From: Eledone cirrhosa
Lineage: Eukaryota
Assembly: GCA_964016885.1 (NCBI GenBank)
Contig: OZ024740.1
Location: 31,248,001 to 31,312,000 of the forward strand
Length of the DNA: 64,000 nt
Direction of reading: 5' to 3'
Of this stretch, positions 24,174-37,487 are shown one piece after another (position 1 is the first letter of the stretch; each line of letters opens with the position of its first letter). The translations under genes were made by a program, and so were the position numbers. The notes under the pieces are model-generated. The model had not been told where the DNA came from and searched no databases. It saw nothing but the letters and a program-made list of their open reading frames with translations.

Positions 24174-24436
24174 TGCAAGAAGGCTCTGAAGAACATTTTA
24201 CAGAAATGCGTCTACCTCCCTGCACTTGAACCTCTTCTGATCGATGCCCCACCGAACATACTTAAATATGTCATTGGACAGTTCAGCAAAGTGCTTCCAA
24301 ATGACACTAAAGCCAGACGTTTGTTTGTCACCAGTGGTGGGTTGAAGAAAGTCCAAGAAATCAAAGTTGAACCAGGAACTGCTCTAGCTGAATATGTGAA
24401 CACTATCAATAATTGCTACCCTGAAGAAGTTATCAA
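24174..24436 (+). CDS. SPAG6: SPAG6 coding exon
   Basis: gcacag acceptor; CKKALKNILQKCVYLPALEPLLIDAPPNILKYVIGQFSKVLPNDTKARRLFVTSGGLKKVQEIKVEPGTALAEYVNTINNCYPEEVI; GTATGT donor, phase 2; 263 nt. Confidence 0.95.
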
Positions 24437-25070
24437 GTATGTACTTATACCATCAAAAGTATTCAATTCAATTCAGGTTTTGTTTAGATTCTATTCCAAT
24501 TTCCTTGGCTGTCTGGTTAAGTGATTACTTTGTAACCATATGGTTTGAGGTTCAGTCACACTGAGTGGCATCTTAGGTGTCTTCTACTATAACCTTTGGT
24601 TGATGTATACCTTGTGAGTGAAATTTGATAGATAGCCATCACACATATATATATATATGTATATATATATGTGTGTGTGTGTGTGTGTGAATCCATGTCT
24701 GTGTTTATCTCCTGTGGCTTGGCAGTTTGACAAAAGGAGATTGATAAAATAAGTACCAGATTTTTAAAATACGTACTGGAGTCATTGCAATCAACTAAAT
24801 TATCTTAAAGCAGGCTCCCCAGCATAGCTACATTTTGAATAATTACAAAATTTCAGCATTTCTCTGATTCACGTCTGAGAATTAGTATAGTATGCACAAA
24901 TGATATATTGGTATCCAGGCTTTTAGCTTTAATCAATTGTGAAGGCACTGCTGAAGACCCGTTGATATATATATAAACAGGCTTACACACGTAACATATA
25001 TATATATATCTTCTTCCTCAAGCATGAAACTAATACAACTTTACGTTATTGCATCCTTGTTTCCTTCATT

Positions 25071-25106
<36 letters not shown>

Positions 25107-25118
25107 TATATATATATA

Positions 25119-26727
25119 TCATCATCATCATCACTGTTTTATGTCCATTCTTCCATGCTAGCATGGGTTAGACGGGTTGTCCTGTTGTGGGCAGTGTCCA
25201 GTCAGCTGACCTTGTCTTGCTCATGCAGGAACTGATTTTGGCTTGATTTCTACAGTTGGTTGCCCTTCCTAACACCAACTTAATTTACAGTGAGTGCTGG
25301 GTGCTTTTTTTCTGTGGCGCCTATACGTCCACTTTACAGTGTGGCCTGGGTGCATTTTTGCCATGGCACCTCCACGACCACTTAGCAGTAGGAGGGCATG
25401 GGGGAAAATTGTCTATATGCTTCAGCATATATATACATCATCATCATCATCATCGTTTAACGTCCGTATTCCACGCTTGCATGGGTTTGGACGGGAGTTT
25501 TCCCACTTGAGGCAAGAGTGGTTGTCTTGCTCGCATAGGACTGTCTGGCGGGTTTTCTACGGCTGGATGCCCTTCCTAACACCAACCACATTTACAGTGT
25601 GGAACTGGGAGGTTTTTACCGTGTTACCTACACGGCCACATTACAGCGTGGACTGTGTGTTTTTTTTGTCGTGACACCTACACGACCTCATTTGTTTCGG
25701 CCTGGATGTTGTGGTACCAACATAACTTTACATTGAAAGGGGCGGTGCGGATGGGGTGGGGGTAGTGGGACGGGGGGTGTATTTTGTTAGAGGTGCCTAC
25801 TGACTGTAGTAGGTTTTACTTTGTATTTAGGTAAAGCAAGTCTTCTCTATTACTGAGTACCGCCAAAGATCTCAGTCCAGTGACATTGTCTTGGAGAGGT
25901 GTAAGTGTGTGAGGTCAGAATTTATCAAGTCGTCCCAGGTTTTTCTGGGTCTGCCTACTCCGTGGCTACCATCTATTTTTATTGCCCTGCACTTTTTTAT
26001 ATTGCTGTCGTCTTTCATGCGCATCACGTGTCCATACCAGCGTAGCCTTCTCTTGAGTAAACAACATCTGATCCCTCTTATTTCTAATTTTTCCCTTAGT
26101 TCGTTAATGCTTTGCCGTTCACGTATATTACTATTACACATCCAGCGGAGCATGCAAGCTTCGTTCCTCTCTAGTCTGCATATATCCTCTGCACACAATG
26201 CCCAGGTCTCACTGCCATGCAACATTGCTGTTCGTATGCAGGCATCATACAGCCTGCCTTTCATTTTTAGGGAGAACCCTTTAGCGGCTAATAGAGGTAT
26301 AAGCTCTCTGAACTTTTTCCATCCAGTTCTGACTCTAGCTACTGTACTTTCAGAGCACCCTCCCCCACTGCTGATTTTGTCACCCAGGTAACGGAAGCTG
26401 TCCACTATTTCTATAGAACCCTCTGTGCAATTGAAAGAGCTAGTATTTTGTGGGCACTTGCTGCTACTTATTGCACCAGAACACCGGCCACATGTAAAAT
26501 CTATGTTCTTAGTTAGCTTACCTGTGATCCCACTACATCTTTTATGCACTTGTACTTTGCATTTGGGACATAAAATGGAGTTTCTACCTACGCCTTTCCT
26601 ACACACTGAGCATGGCCATTTCCCGGACGGGACCGGCGCCCTATTTTCCTTCCTACAAACTAGAACTTTAGTCTTAGCCAGGTTAATTTTAAGGCCTTTT
26701 GATTCTAGGCCGTGCTTCCATGTTTGG

Positions 26728-26729
<2 letters not shown>
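25119..26729 (-). mobile_element. Two stacked RTE 3' fragments (about 25119-25430 and 25437-26729)
   Basis: Two (CAT)n tails; ORF 25872-26606 encodes the PHD-like finger and RTE C-terminus. Confidence 0.9.
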
Positions 26730-26760
<31 letters not shown>

Positions 26761-26764
<4 letters not shown>

Positions 26765-27710
26765 AATATGATAATAATGGAGCTGCGGCGCTGCAAATGG
26801 GTTACATATGAAAAAGTTTGTCCTCATCAGTGGCCATCCAACCGTCGTAGGCATTTCGTCGCATTAAAGGCCATATACCTCAGGTTGGTGCGAGCAACGG
26901 CTAAAAAAAGTCGTTGGGACATGTAAATAAAGGGGACGCTAAGGATTATGGACAGGTCAAACGGGATCCCTTTATTTATGTGTCCCAACGACTTTTTTTT
27001 AGCCGTTGCACGCACCAACCTGAGGTATATGGCCTTTAATGCGACAAAATGCCTACGACAGTTGGATGGCCACTGATGAGGACAAACTTTTTCATATGTA
27101 ACCCATTTGCAACGCCGCAGCTCCATTATTATCATATTTACACATATATTTTTTCCTCCGCTGCCACCAGTCTGTTTCGTTCTTTGTGTCTTTACCCTTT
27201 CTAGCAGTCTCTCTCTCTGTTAGCCTCTTCCTCACCTTTCACTCACTCACTCTCTGTCACTACCTCTCCTCCTCCCCTTTCTTCCCGTTTGACCTGTCCG
27301 TAATCCTTTGCTCGCGGGCACTTGGCCAAGCCGGTATGAATTTTTTTTCTCTCTCTCTCGTCTGCGACTTCACAGAACTTATGTTTACCGAATTCGCAGA
27401 CCAGACCCCTTCTTCCTCCCGTTAGACCTGTGCGAAATTCCTTCCTTGCTCACATTTCAACCAGGTTTGATGGTCTTTATTCTCTCGTTCACGATTCCAC
27501 CGAATTTATATTCATAGAAATCTGGGACTTGTTTCCTTCTTCCTCACTTTCTCCTGCTTAAACCATTTTGTTTGTTTACCCTAGCGTCCCCTTTATTTAC
27601 GTGTCCCAACAACTTTTTTTTAGCCGTTGCTCGCACCAACCTGAGGTATATGGCCTTTAATGCGACGAAATGCCTACGACGGTTGGATGGCCACTGATGA
27701 GGACAAACTT

Positions 27711-27718
<8 letters not shown>
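26761..27718. mobile_element. Foldback/MITE-like element in (TA)n: arms of about 174 bp (26761-26934 and 26968-27142) plus a third arm copy 27581-27718
   Basis: Direct reverse-complement match of the arms; spacer found inverted at about 27284-27310; flanked by long TA runs. Confidence 0.75.
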
Positions 27719-27762
<44 letters not shown>

Positions 27763-27788
27763 CATATATATATATATACATATATATA

Positions 27789-28378
27789 TCATCATCATCA
27801 TCATCATCGTTTAACGTCCATATTCCACGCTTGCATGGGTTTGGACGGGAGTTTTCCCACTTGAAGCAAGAGTGGTTATCTTGCTCGCATAGGACTGTCT
27901 GGCGGGTTTTCTATGGCTGGATGCCCTTCCTAACACCAACCACATTTACAGTGTGGAACTGGGAGGTTTTTACCGTGTTACCTACACGGCCACATTACAG
28001 CGTGGACTGTGTGTTTTTTTTGTCGTGACACCTACACGACCTCATTTGTTTCGGCCTGGATGTTGTGGTACCAACATAACTTTACATTGAAAGGGGTGGT
28101 GTGGATGGGGTGGGGGTAGTGGGACGGGGTGTATTTTGTTAGAGGTGCCTACTGACTGTAGTAGGTTTTACTTTGTACTTAAGTAAGGCGGGTCTTCTCT
28201 ATTACTGTGTAGTGCCAAAGATCTCGGTCCAGTGACATTGTCTTGGAGAGGTGTAAGTGTGTGAGGTCAGAATTTATCAAGTCGTCCCAGGTTTTTCGGG
28301 GTCTGCCTACTCCGTGGCTACCGTCTATTTTTATTGCTCTGCACTTTTTTATACAGCTGTCGTCTTTCATGCGCATCT
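27789..28378 (-). mobile_element. 5'-truncated RTE LINE
   Basis: MRMKDDSCIKKCRAIKIDGSHGVGRPRKTW; (CAT)n tail; TA flanks. Confidence 0.9.
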
Positions 28379-29220
28379 ATATATGAATATATGAAATGGT
28401 ACCATGTAGGCCTTGTAAAAACTTAGTAGCTATGAGAGTATAACACTTATTCTGTTTCTACATTTTTTTAACCTAATTAGATTGTTTTTTGCAAAATATT
28501 AGATATGTGGTTTCCTGTGATATTGGCAGTGTGCAACATTCTGAGGTTTGGATTTTTAGCTAGCAGCACTTCTCTCATAGAGCCTCATGATTGTTATATA
28601 TATTATATATCGATCTCTTTTGATATGTGTATATAGAGATATATATAGATATATATATAGTGGCCCAGCGGAAGGTACTAGAGACGGTGGAGATCCTGGT
28701 CGAGAGCTACATGTAATCTATGGAGGCACATGGCTTAGTGGTTGGAGCATTGGCCTTGCAATCGAAAGGTTGTGAGTTCAATTCTCAGACCGGGTGATGT
28801 GTTGTTTCCTTGAGCAAGACACTTTATTTCATATTCCAGTTTACTCAGCTGTAAAAATGAGATGATAGGGACCCACTGCAAAGTGGTCGTGGAGGTGCCA
28901 CGGCAAAAAAGCACCCAGCACTCACTGTAAATGAGGTTGGTGTTAGGAAGGGCACCCATCTGTAGAAATCAAGCCAGAATCAGTTCCCGTCCCACCCTTG
29001 CAAGCAGGGAAAAGCGGACGTAAAATGAAATGATGAAATGATGATGATAAAATGTCCCACATCCCACACTTGCAAGCAGGGAAAAGCGGACGTAAAATGA
29101 TGATGATGATGATATATATATATATATATATATATATAACGAAAGAATTGTAGTAAGGAACCAGATGGACCATAACGCACCAGAGTACTCAATACTTAGG
29201 GTAGTAGAGTGGGTAATAGG

Positions 29221-29341
29221 AAAAAGAATGACCCCGACGGCAGAGCTCAAGCTGTTTCGACGGCTATTTCTGGACATGGATTCAATATCCAGAAATAGCT
29301 GTCGAAACGGCTTGAGCTCTGCCGTCGGGGTCATTCTTTTT
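29221..29341. repeat. About 57-bp inverted repeat (hairpin)
   Basis: AAAAAGAATGACCCCGACGGCAGAGCTCAAG... and its reverse complement separated by a few nt; 3 substitutions in the stem. Confidence 0.9.
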
Positions 29342-29510
29342 TCTCTCTCTATATATAATATCAATTTGAGAGGTACAGAGTTCTATCATTGCATATTGGC
29401 TGCTGGCCACTTATTTCCACCTATTTTAAGCTATTATTTATAACAATTATTATTCATTGTGATTACAGTTATTTTCTGCATTTGAGATATCTACATTTTC
29501 TAAGAAAGAA

Positions 29511-29541
<31 letters not shown>

Positions 29542-30147
29542 TGGTGGCTGCCAACTCGTTTTCGAGTACGGCCACTACTTTATATCCATGTAGGAGAACT
29601 CCTACCGATGCGCTGAACGAGTGTGGCTTTTTAGTCCAGCCAGCGACTTGAAAACTCTGGTACAAATACTACACTTGTGACAATTATTGACACATAGTGC
29701 TGGTCCCATGGTACCATGTGACGACAAGTGCAGAGAGATCTCCAGATATAAAGCAATGCCTGTGCTGTGAAGCTTTTATAGTGAGCAAAGGCACTGCACA
29801 AAGCCAGTCCCACTCTCTTAACCAAGATGATATTTACCAAAAAGAAGGACAAGTCAACATCATTGAATACCATCAGGGTTGCAGGTGTTATATTAGAGTT
29901 TTCCTTCTCCTAGAATTCTGCCTTGACAAAGGCTAAGGGGTCATCTCTCCCGGTGATTTTGGATGGCCATTGACACTTAAGAGCTCCTTTGCCTTTTGAC
30001 AGGTTTTGTTTTTAGTCCTGCAGGATGTCCAAAGTCACCCTCCTCACCAAGAAACCTTGGTGGGGTTGCCAGTTTAGTCGCCAACGACCCGACCATGAGA
30101 CAGGTTGTACTGGGATACATGTTACCAGTAGCACCAACTGGTGACCT

Positions 30148-30192
<45 letters not shown>

Positions 30193-30798
30193 TCATCATT
30201 TAATGCCTTCTCAGCCCTTTGTTTGGCTAGATTTCTAGAGCCGGATGCTTTATATATATCATATTAATCATTTAATTTTCTCATCCCTCCTACTCCATAT
30301 CACTGTTCTCCTTGTCTGACCAAAGACACAGGTTCCATAGTGTTGAAATGTGGTAGTGTTAGTACCACAATAAAATGCACGCAGCCCACACTGCTGGTAC
30401 CACAACAAAATGTACCCAGTCCACCCTGTCAGGTGATATGGCAATGCTTTGATGAAATGTAGCCAACACATGCTGTGATGTGGTTGCTATAAAGAAGGGT
30501 ATCCAGCTATAGAAACCATGCAAGAATGGAACATATGAGCAAATGAGCAAGACACAGTCGTCTGACATATCTAACTTCAGAATAACTGGTCTAACCCATG
30601 CAAACCTGGAAAATTGATTTAAAATGGATCCTGAAGGCTAAACTCTGTTTTAGCAGGGAAAAAGGCCATAAAATGGTTCTTGTTATTGTTGTAATCACTT
30701 CATTCAGCTATCTTCAGTACAGTAACATTTGCCCTTTGTATTAATTAAAGAATTCCATATTTCTCGATCTTGATGGTTACATATCTTTCTTATTTTAG

Positions 30799-30868
30799 GT
30801 ATTACTCTCCTGGCTATTCAGAGACACTTCTGGAGAAAGTTGAGAATTTCCAGATCACTGCGAACTGA
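30799..30868 (+). CDS. SPAG6: SPAG6 last coding exon
   Basis: ttttag acceptor; (K)YYSPGYSETLLEKVENFQITAN then TGA; matches the conserved SPAG6 C-terminal YYSPGYS motif. Confidence 0.95.
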
Positions 30869-30946
30869 TTTCCAATCCAAAAGTCTTACAAATGTTTTAT
30901 CATTACAACTATTCAATTGTCATTTGTGTGTTTTTTATCATTGTGG

Positions 30947-30952
30947 AATAAA
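30947..30952 (+). terminator. Candidate polyadenylation signal of SPAG6
   Basis: AATAAA about 80 nt after the stop codon; weak evidence in AT-rich DNA. Confidence 0.45.
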
Positions 30953-32099
30953 ATATTTGAATGCATTAGAAATTGATTTGTCCTTCCTCCTCACTGTCAT
31001 TGTTGTCATCATTGTTGTCATCATCACAATCATCATCCTCAACATCATCACTATCATTCCTTTTGTATTTTCGTTTTACATTCTATGTATATGATGATGT
31101 CCTGTATATAGTTGGTGAACATTTCAATTCCCTTCTTCATAAGTTCTAAAGCTCATTCAATCACTCCTTGGATTATTTTGGTCTTCATGTTACCCATCTG
31201 TTTTTTTCCAACTCAAGGTCTCCGTACTTGGTCAGCTTCTCTGTGGTGGAGTTGTTTCTTTCAGATAGTATTGCTATGTTGATAAATATACACCTTGTAT
31301 CTTTCTCGTCTCTGATAATGATATCAGGTTTTTTGGCTCCTAAAAGTCATTGTCCTATAAGAGTTTGTCTAGTGAGGATTTGGTTTATATCCCATTCTCA
31401 AGAGACCATTTCAAACTATATCTGTGCATATCTCGTGATGAGTGTTGAGTGTAGTAAATAATTTTTGCATATTACAAACTTCATCCTTCAACAATGTTTA
31501 TTAGCTGTCATTCAGCTGTTGTAAATGCATAGCATCTGGTTGACCTCTGTAAAGAATAACATAAACAACAGCCACACAACTGCATAATTAAGAATGTATT
31601 GAACTAAATCTTCAGAAATTATCAAAACTGTCAACAGTAATCACTTTAAGGATGATTTAATTAGTGATGAGGAGATAGTAAGTCCAATTTATTGTTGGGT
31701 GAATCTAATGATACTACTGTAAACCAAATTCTTGGAATTGTAATTATTTACTTTAGTAGTAATTATAATAAGGTGGTACCTACATATTTAAGTTTAGTAG
31801 AATTAGAGAAGTGTTATGCAGAACATATTGTCATAGCTGTAAAATCTGAATTGCTTAGAAGAGGATAGGAAATAGAGAATTTTGTTGGTACAGAGAGAGA
31901 CAATGCAAGTAATAGGAATCAATAATGGAGTGTATCAAAAGCTGAAAACCAAAATTCTTACATTTGTTTTAGTGAAATGCACATGCCATTCACTCCAGTT
32001 AGCTGTGTCTTATACTTTGGAATATTTACCAAGTTTATAATTTATAATTGAGACATAAATGTTTTGCCTTTTCGTTAACAAGGAAGTTAGTTAACAGAA

Positions 32100-33030
32100 C
32101 CTTCTACCAGGCAATAAGTGAAGATAAAATGCCTCTGACAATTCCTATGAACTGCAAAACAAGATGGCAGTTCATAGAAACTGTTGTGAGAACAATTGTG
32201 AGAATTAAAAGCACATTTTAAAATCTCAAGATTTTCATAAAAGTGCTATATGTCTGAAGTGTTGTATGTATTCAAATGAGAGAAATCTAGAATTTTTACT
32301 TTTCATACACTCAACACTTGAACAAGTGCAGTTTGTGAATAAATCCAATGTTGATAAACTAAAACTATTGGAAGATCTAACATTGCTTGTACAATCATAT
32401 GGGAATAAATTAATACTTCCAACTCACAAAGTTGACGTACTGACTTGCAGCACTGAAGAGTTCCTAGATCTTATGCTATCTTTAGGCTATAGATTTCAAA
32501 ACGGTAAAATTACAGATAGTGAAGAATTATGCAATAGGAAGCAATGTCAACAATTTTTGTTGTCTTTTCAAACAGCTAAAACAAATGCTGCCTGAAACTT
32601 TTGAACTTTCAAAGAATATATTTCTCTCTGAAAAATGTTCTTCAACCTGGCGATGACAGTGGGAGTTCGGCTCTTCCACGTTCGGACCATATCCCTGTGG
32701 TTGTGTTCATTATCTATAGAGTTCAATATAATAGCTGTTGAACGATAAGCATGTAACTTTTAGTAAATTAATGAAAAGCTTAGTCACAATTTCAAAAAAA
32801 TTATTTAGTAGCATTGACAAATAACTGAAACTGAGAAGTGTGGTAGTGAAGTAGATCGATATAGAAATGCTTCTGGGCACAAACTGTTTCAAGAACTTGC
32901 AAACTGCTCTATAACAGCTTTCATACTTCCTCACTCCAAATGCACAAGTTGAAAGACTATTTAGTAGCATAAACAATATAAAATCAAAACTGAAGAAATA
33001 AAATGTAATTGAAGTTTCTGCATGAGGTAT
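32100..33030 (+). pseudogene. Degenerate hAT-like transposase relic
   Basis: CKTRWQFIETVVRTI (hAT TRW motif) near 32150; PNAQVERLFSSINNIKSKL (hAT C-terminal dimerisation ERxFS motif) near 32935-32995; many stops. Confidence 0.65.
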
Positions 33031-33684
33031 AACAAATGTTGCTCCAACTATGAACTCTTTAATAAAGTGCTTAATGTTACTAGGACATTGTATGTAAACT
33101 CCTGAGATAGTCGTAAGGGTGCCACATTGACATACAGCGTTTCTAGGACAGTTTTTAAAAACCTGGTGGAGCTCATCTTCTCTCCAAAACTGAATACAAC
33201 AGATTTCTTCTAGAGAAGGAGAGTAAGAGAATGGTAATGAGAAAGAGATATAGAGGAAGAATCAACTCCAGTACTTAACTGGTACTTTTTTTATTGACCT
33301 TCAATGGATGAAAGGCAATGCAGCATATAAATGTACTGTTGCTGCTAATGAAACTCACAAAATGAACCCAGAAACAGCAAAACAACTAGGATGTTGACAT
33401 TAATATTCTGTTATCACATAGATCACTGGGGAATACATTTTTCTTCAGATGGTTTAGTAGTGTTTTAATGACATCCAATCATGCTGCAAAGGACTTTTTC
33501 CCAGAAACCGGAGGTAGCCCTCGGACCTGCTCCCCTTCTTGGAATTTTCTTTACCCACTAACCCTAACTTCAACCACAACCCTAACCCCGAGGGCTTTGC
33601 ATTATGTTCAGAGGTAAGATTATTAGTAGCACACACGCAAAAAAAAAAAATGAGGTAAAAAATGGTGAAGAAAACTCCGGGGTG

Positions 33685-36500
33685 AAGCCATTTACTTTGA
33701 CCACCGAGCAGATGCCTTTGTGCATTGCAGCAATCCAGCCTCTTAAGACAGGACCGGGGCCGGCTGCCTTGTGAACAGGTATTGAAAGCTTTTGATTGAT
33801 CTAAATTGATCATGGCCCCACTGAAGCCAGTTTTACACCTTACCTTCTCTATGATGTATTGTATGAGGTGGAGGTTATCATGTATGGACCTGGTCGAGAT
33901 TGTGCAAGTTTGACCTCCCCTACAAAGTCCTTGATGACAATTGCCAACCACTTCACTAACACCTTGGCCAAAATCTGAAACTCTGTTAGTTATGGGCCTG
34001 AAATTGTCTAAGGTATCCCTCTTGTTCTTTACTCACAGAACTGGGAGTGTTCCCGTTCTGCTGCCAGTTGTAGTAGACCACTTCGAAGATATCAGAGAAC
34101 AAGTCTTGCATTTCTGCGTAAAACATGTTGGGCAGACCATCCAAATCGGGTGACTTGTGCCTCATACAACTGACTAGGGTATCCAGAATCTCGACTGATG
34201 TTATCTGTCTCTTGCAGCACCCAGCATCGGCTGGGAAGAGTTGCGAGAGGTTGTCACGGTAGGAACTTAAGTCCGCCATTGTCTCCAGCTCCTCAAACAG
34301 TCGAACAAAGTGCTGTGAAAAGCCACACATATCTGCCTGGAATCGTTCAGCATGTGTTTTTCTCGGTCTGTCAAAGACTGAATCATGGTTTTGTTACCAC
34401 GCCATGCCTCCACCACATAGGCCCATCGAATAGCTTTCATTCCCTCATTTCTTAGAGAATGCGCCTTAGCTCTGACAAGGCAAGCTTTATGTTTTGCATT
34501 GAAGAAATGGTCATATGCCATTCTCACCGCTAGCGCGTCAGTTGCAATGTCACTTCTAATCACCTCATCTAGTTTAGCTACCAGCTCCCTCTCCTTTCTA
34601 TTCTTTTCTAATGCTACTTATTTATTAAAGCCTATTGGCAATTCTCTAATCTCTCTCTTGAGAGTATTCCCTGTTAACTTACTCTTAACTAAAGTGGTGA
34701 CCTGGTCCCTGTAAGCTCTACATGCTGGGAATGACATGTTGAGCTTCCAGTAACCAAGTCCTAGAGCATGAGCTCTATCTAGGTCAACCATGAAGATCAT
34801 AAATTTGTAATCTGAATAGGAACCGTTTGGAAATGTGGAGAACCTATACTATCCTTATCTACTGTCTTAATGAAAAACTTATCTATATATGATCTAGATG
34901 ACCCTATGTGGTTGATCAAGGTCGACATTAGTGCATTAGGGAAAGCTAGTTGGTATGTCAGACAGTCGGAACTGGCTGATCAGGTTCTTGAGGCTTTTGC
35001 ACCTTCTGCTCCAATCAGCTACTCCCATACAATCTCAGCATGTGTCTAAGACGCCATTTCAGCCCCCCTCTAACAGTAAAGTGTAAGACGTTCCCAGAAA
35101 GGCTTCCAGGCACCTAAAGAAGTCCGGCCCCAGTAGGGGCATAGACAGCCACCAATCTAAAAGCACCACCTTCGCTATTGTTCAGGACCACCAATTTACT
35201 GTCCACGTCCAGGAAGATTGTCCTTCCTTGAGGCCCAGTCCTTTCCTAAACAGCACTCCCTCCCATTTCCCATTCCCAGCCAACTAAGAGATACAAAAAT
35301 CTGATAGTCGTTGAAAATGGGGGAAAGTGCACATGTGTCGGAAATCCTGGTCTCATTGACAGCAATGACATTCATATCTAGTGACGTGAGGTTGTTCACC
35401 AAGGATGACATCCTACTCTTAAGATGGCCATGTTGGCTGGTTAAACAAGTGAGGAAAGGTTTACTTATTTCCTTGGGGCTTGGGGTGTTGGATGATTTGG
35501 CCTCCATTTCTGGTTGGGAATCTTTTTAAAAGTCTACTCGAGGCATTTACACTAGGGGTCCTCACGTCGTAGGGGAAGCTCTCCCTAATGTTCTTGTACA
35601 TTTCTAGCAGCATCCGCACCATCAAAAGTGTTTGGGGTACTTTGAAGGTGCAGGTGTCAAAAATCTTTCTCTCTTTCTTAATGTCTTGGCTTCGTGTTGC
35701 AAGAGCCATTAGTTTTTTGTTGCTCTTTCTCAGCAATACGGAGTTGCGAGTTTCTCTTTTTGTCTGTAGTTATGCATGTTTTCGTTTATTTTCTTGTGGT
35801 TGTGTCGGTGTTGTTGGTGTTGGTTGTATTTTTGTTGACAGTTGTGGTGTTAGTGTTGTAGGTGTGTCTGTGTTTGATGTGGGTGTGTGTGAAGATGTAT
35901 TTTCCTTTTTGTGTTTTCGTTTTCATTTTTTGGAGTTTCCCCTCATCTTCATTTGGGGATGAGGAGGAACTAGTTTCTGGGGACTCAGTGTCAGAAGGGA
36001 ATGGAAATGTGTTTACAGGTGTCTGAGTATTGGTCAGTGTGTGTGTGTGTTTGAAAGAGTGGGGAAAGAGAGAGCTTGTTTGGGCAACTCTCTGGGTGGT
36101 TTTGGTGGTCTTTGTTGGTGTTGTTGTTGCTGGTGTTGCTATGTCTACGGCTGCTGCTGCTGCTGGTTGTGGGGTTTTATGTCCTGACACTCGTGTTTGC
36201 AGCAATGGAAGCTTGTGGCCCTCTGCATTTTTGAGCTGAGGGCAGAAGGCCCATAAATGCGTCGTTTCTCTGCAGATGAAACAGTGCGGCCTTTTGCCCT
36301 CAGTGATTACTTGTAGTGCCGTCCTCTTTTGGAGATGGATGTGATCTAGGATTTTTTTCTTTTAGGTCCTCTGGTTTGATCTGGAGAAGGATTTCCAAAT
36401 CAATCCTGGACCAATCCTCCCTGGCTATTCATAGCCCCGATTGGGATGGCATCTGTCCCCTCCTCAATCACGTATCCCACAGGTGATACATATTTGAGGG
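33685..36500 (-). mobile_element. Degenerate Tx1/L1-group LINE (ORF1 zinc knuckle, APE endonuclease, RT N-terminal half)
   Basis: ORF1 CFICRETTHLWAFC (CX2CX4HX4C) at about 36240-36285; EN VIAVNETR and GYWKLN; RT KSPDLDGLPNMFY, IHDNLHLI, INLDQSKAF. Confidence 0.8.
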
Positions 36501-37487
36501 AGCACATAAGAACCAACCAACCAACAAACAAACAAACATTCTCTTTTTTTTTAATATTATGTATACATATTACAATTAGCCGTCATTTTTGATGGTACAG
36601 GGCCAGCTAGTCTATATTATGATAAGAACGGTCTGTCCATGAGTTATGCCCACTTTATATAGAGAGGGGAGCACCTATCGAGAGATACGTACATAGATAG
36701 AGAGAGATAAGGGAAGACTATGTTTTCGAGGTGACTGAAAGAAGTAGAAAGACAGAAAGTTATTACTTCCCCCTCATCTATGTAGAGAGGGTGGGGGTCA
36801 CCAAGCAAAAGAGATATACATAGAGAGAAAAGGAACGTCATTTGTTGAGAGAGAGAGAGAGAGAGAGGGAGAGAGAGTATGTGTGAGAGAAAAGAGGGAG
36901 ATTTTTGTATTTCTCTCTCACTCTTTAATTGACTATATATAGGAAAACTACAGTACATTCGATAAGTCTTTAAAATTATTAGAGCTAACTGTAAAATTGC
37001 TCGGTATGCAAATTAGGCTAATCAGCCAATCTATACTTTACAGAATATTATATATTCTCAAGAGTTCTAGTGAATGCCAGAAAAAAATATACACATTCTT
37101 GACAAAGAACAATAACACAGAAACAAAAGGACGGCGATGGTCATCTAAAAAACATAGCATAATGAAGCTGTTTGCTTGCAAACGAATCGAATATTATTAT
37201 TATTCAATATAAAACTCACGAATACATTTATGTATGCGCTATGCTAGAGCGAAAAACCAAATTCTAATTTTGTTATTATTATTATTATTTTATCAAAAAG
37301 GACACCACGATGAGTATGAAGTCTCTCACGTGGCCATAACTCTTGCCAACAGCATAGAAAATGACCTGAAAACACATGTTTAATTTCAGGCCGCCGGCCA
37401 CCAAACAAAATGCTACTTATCAAATGCAGATTGAAAAAAAGTGAAACTAAAATATTAAGCTTAAAGATTGCGTATCTTTAAGTAATA

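Noticed and set aside
27655-27715. Possible hammerhead ribozyme (GAAA ... CTGATGAG) in the foldback arm
   Set aside because: Core words are present but stems II and III cannot be paired convincingly by eye
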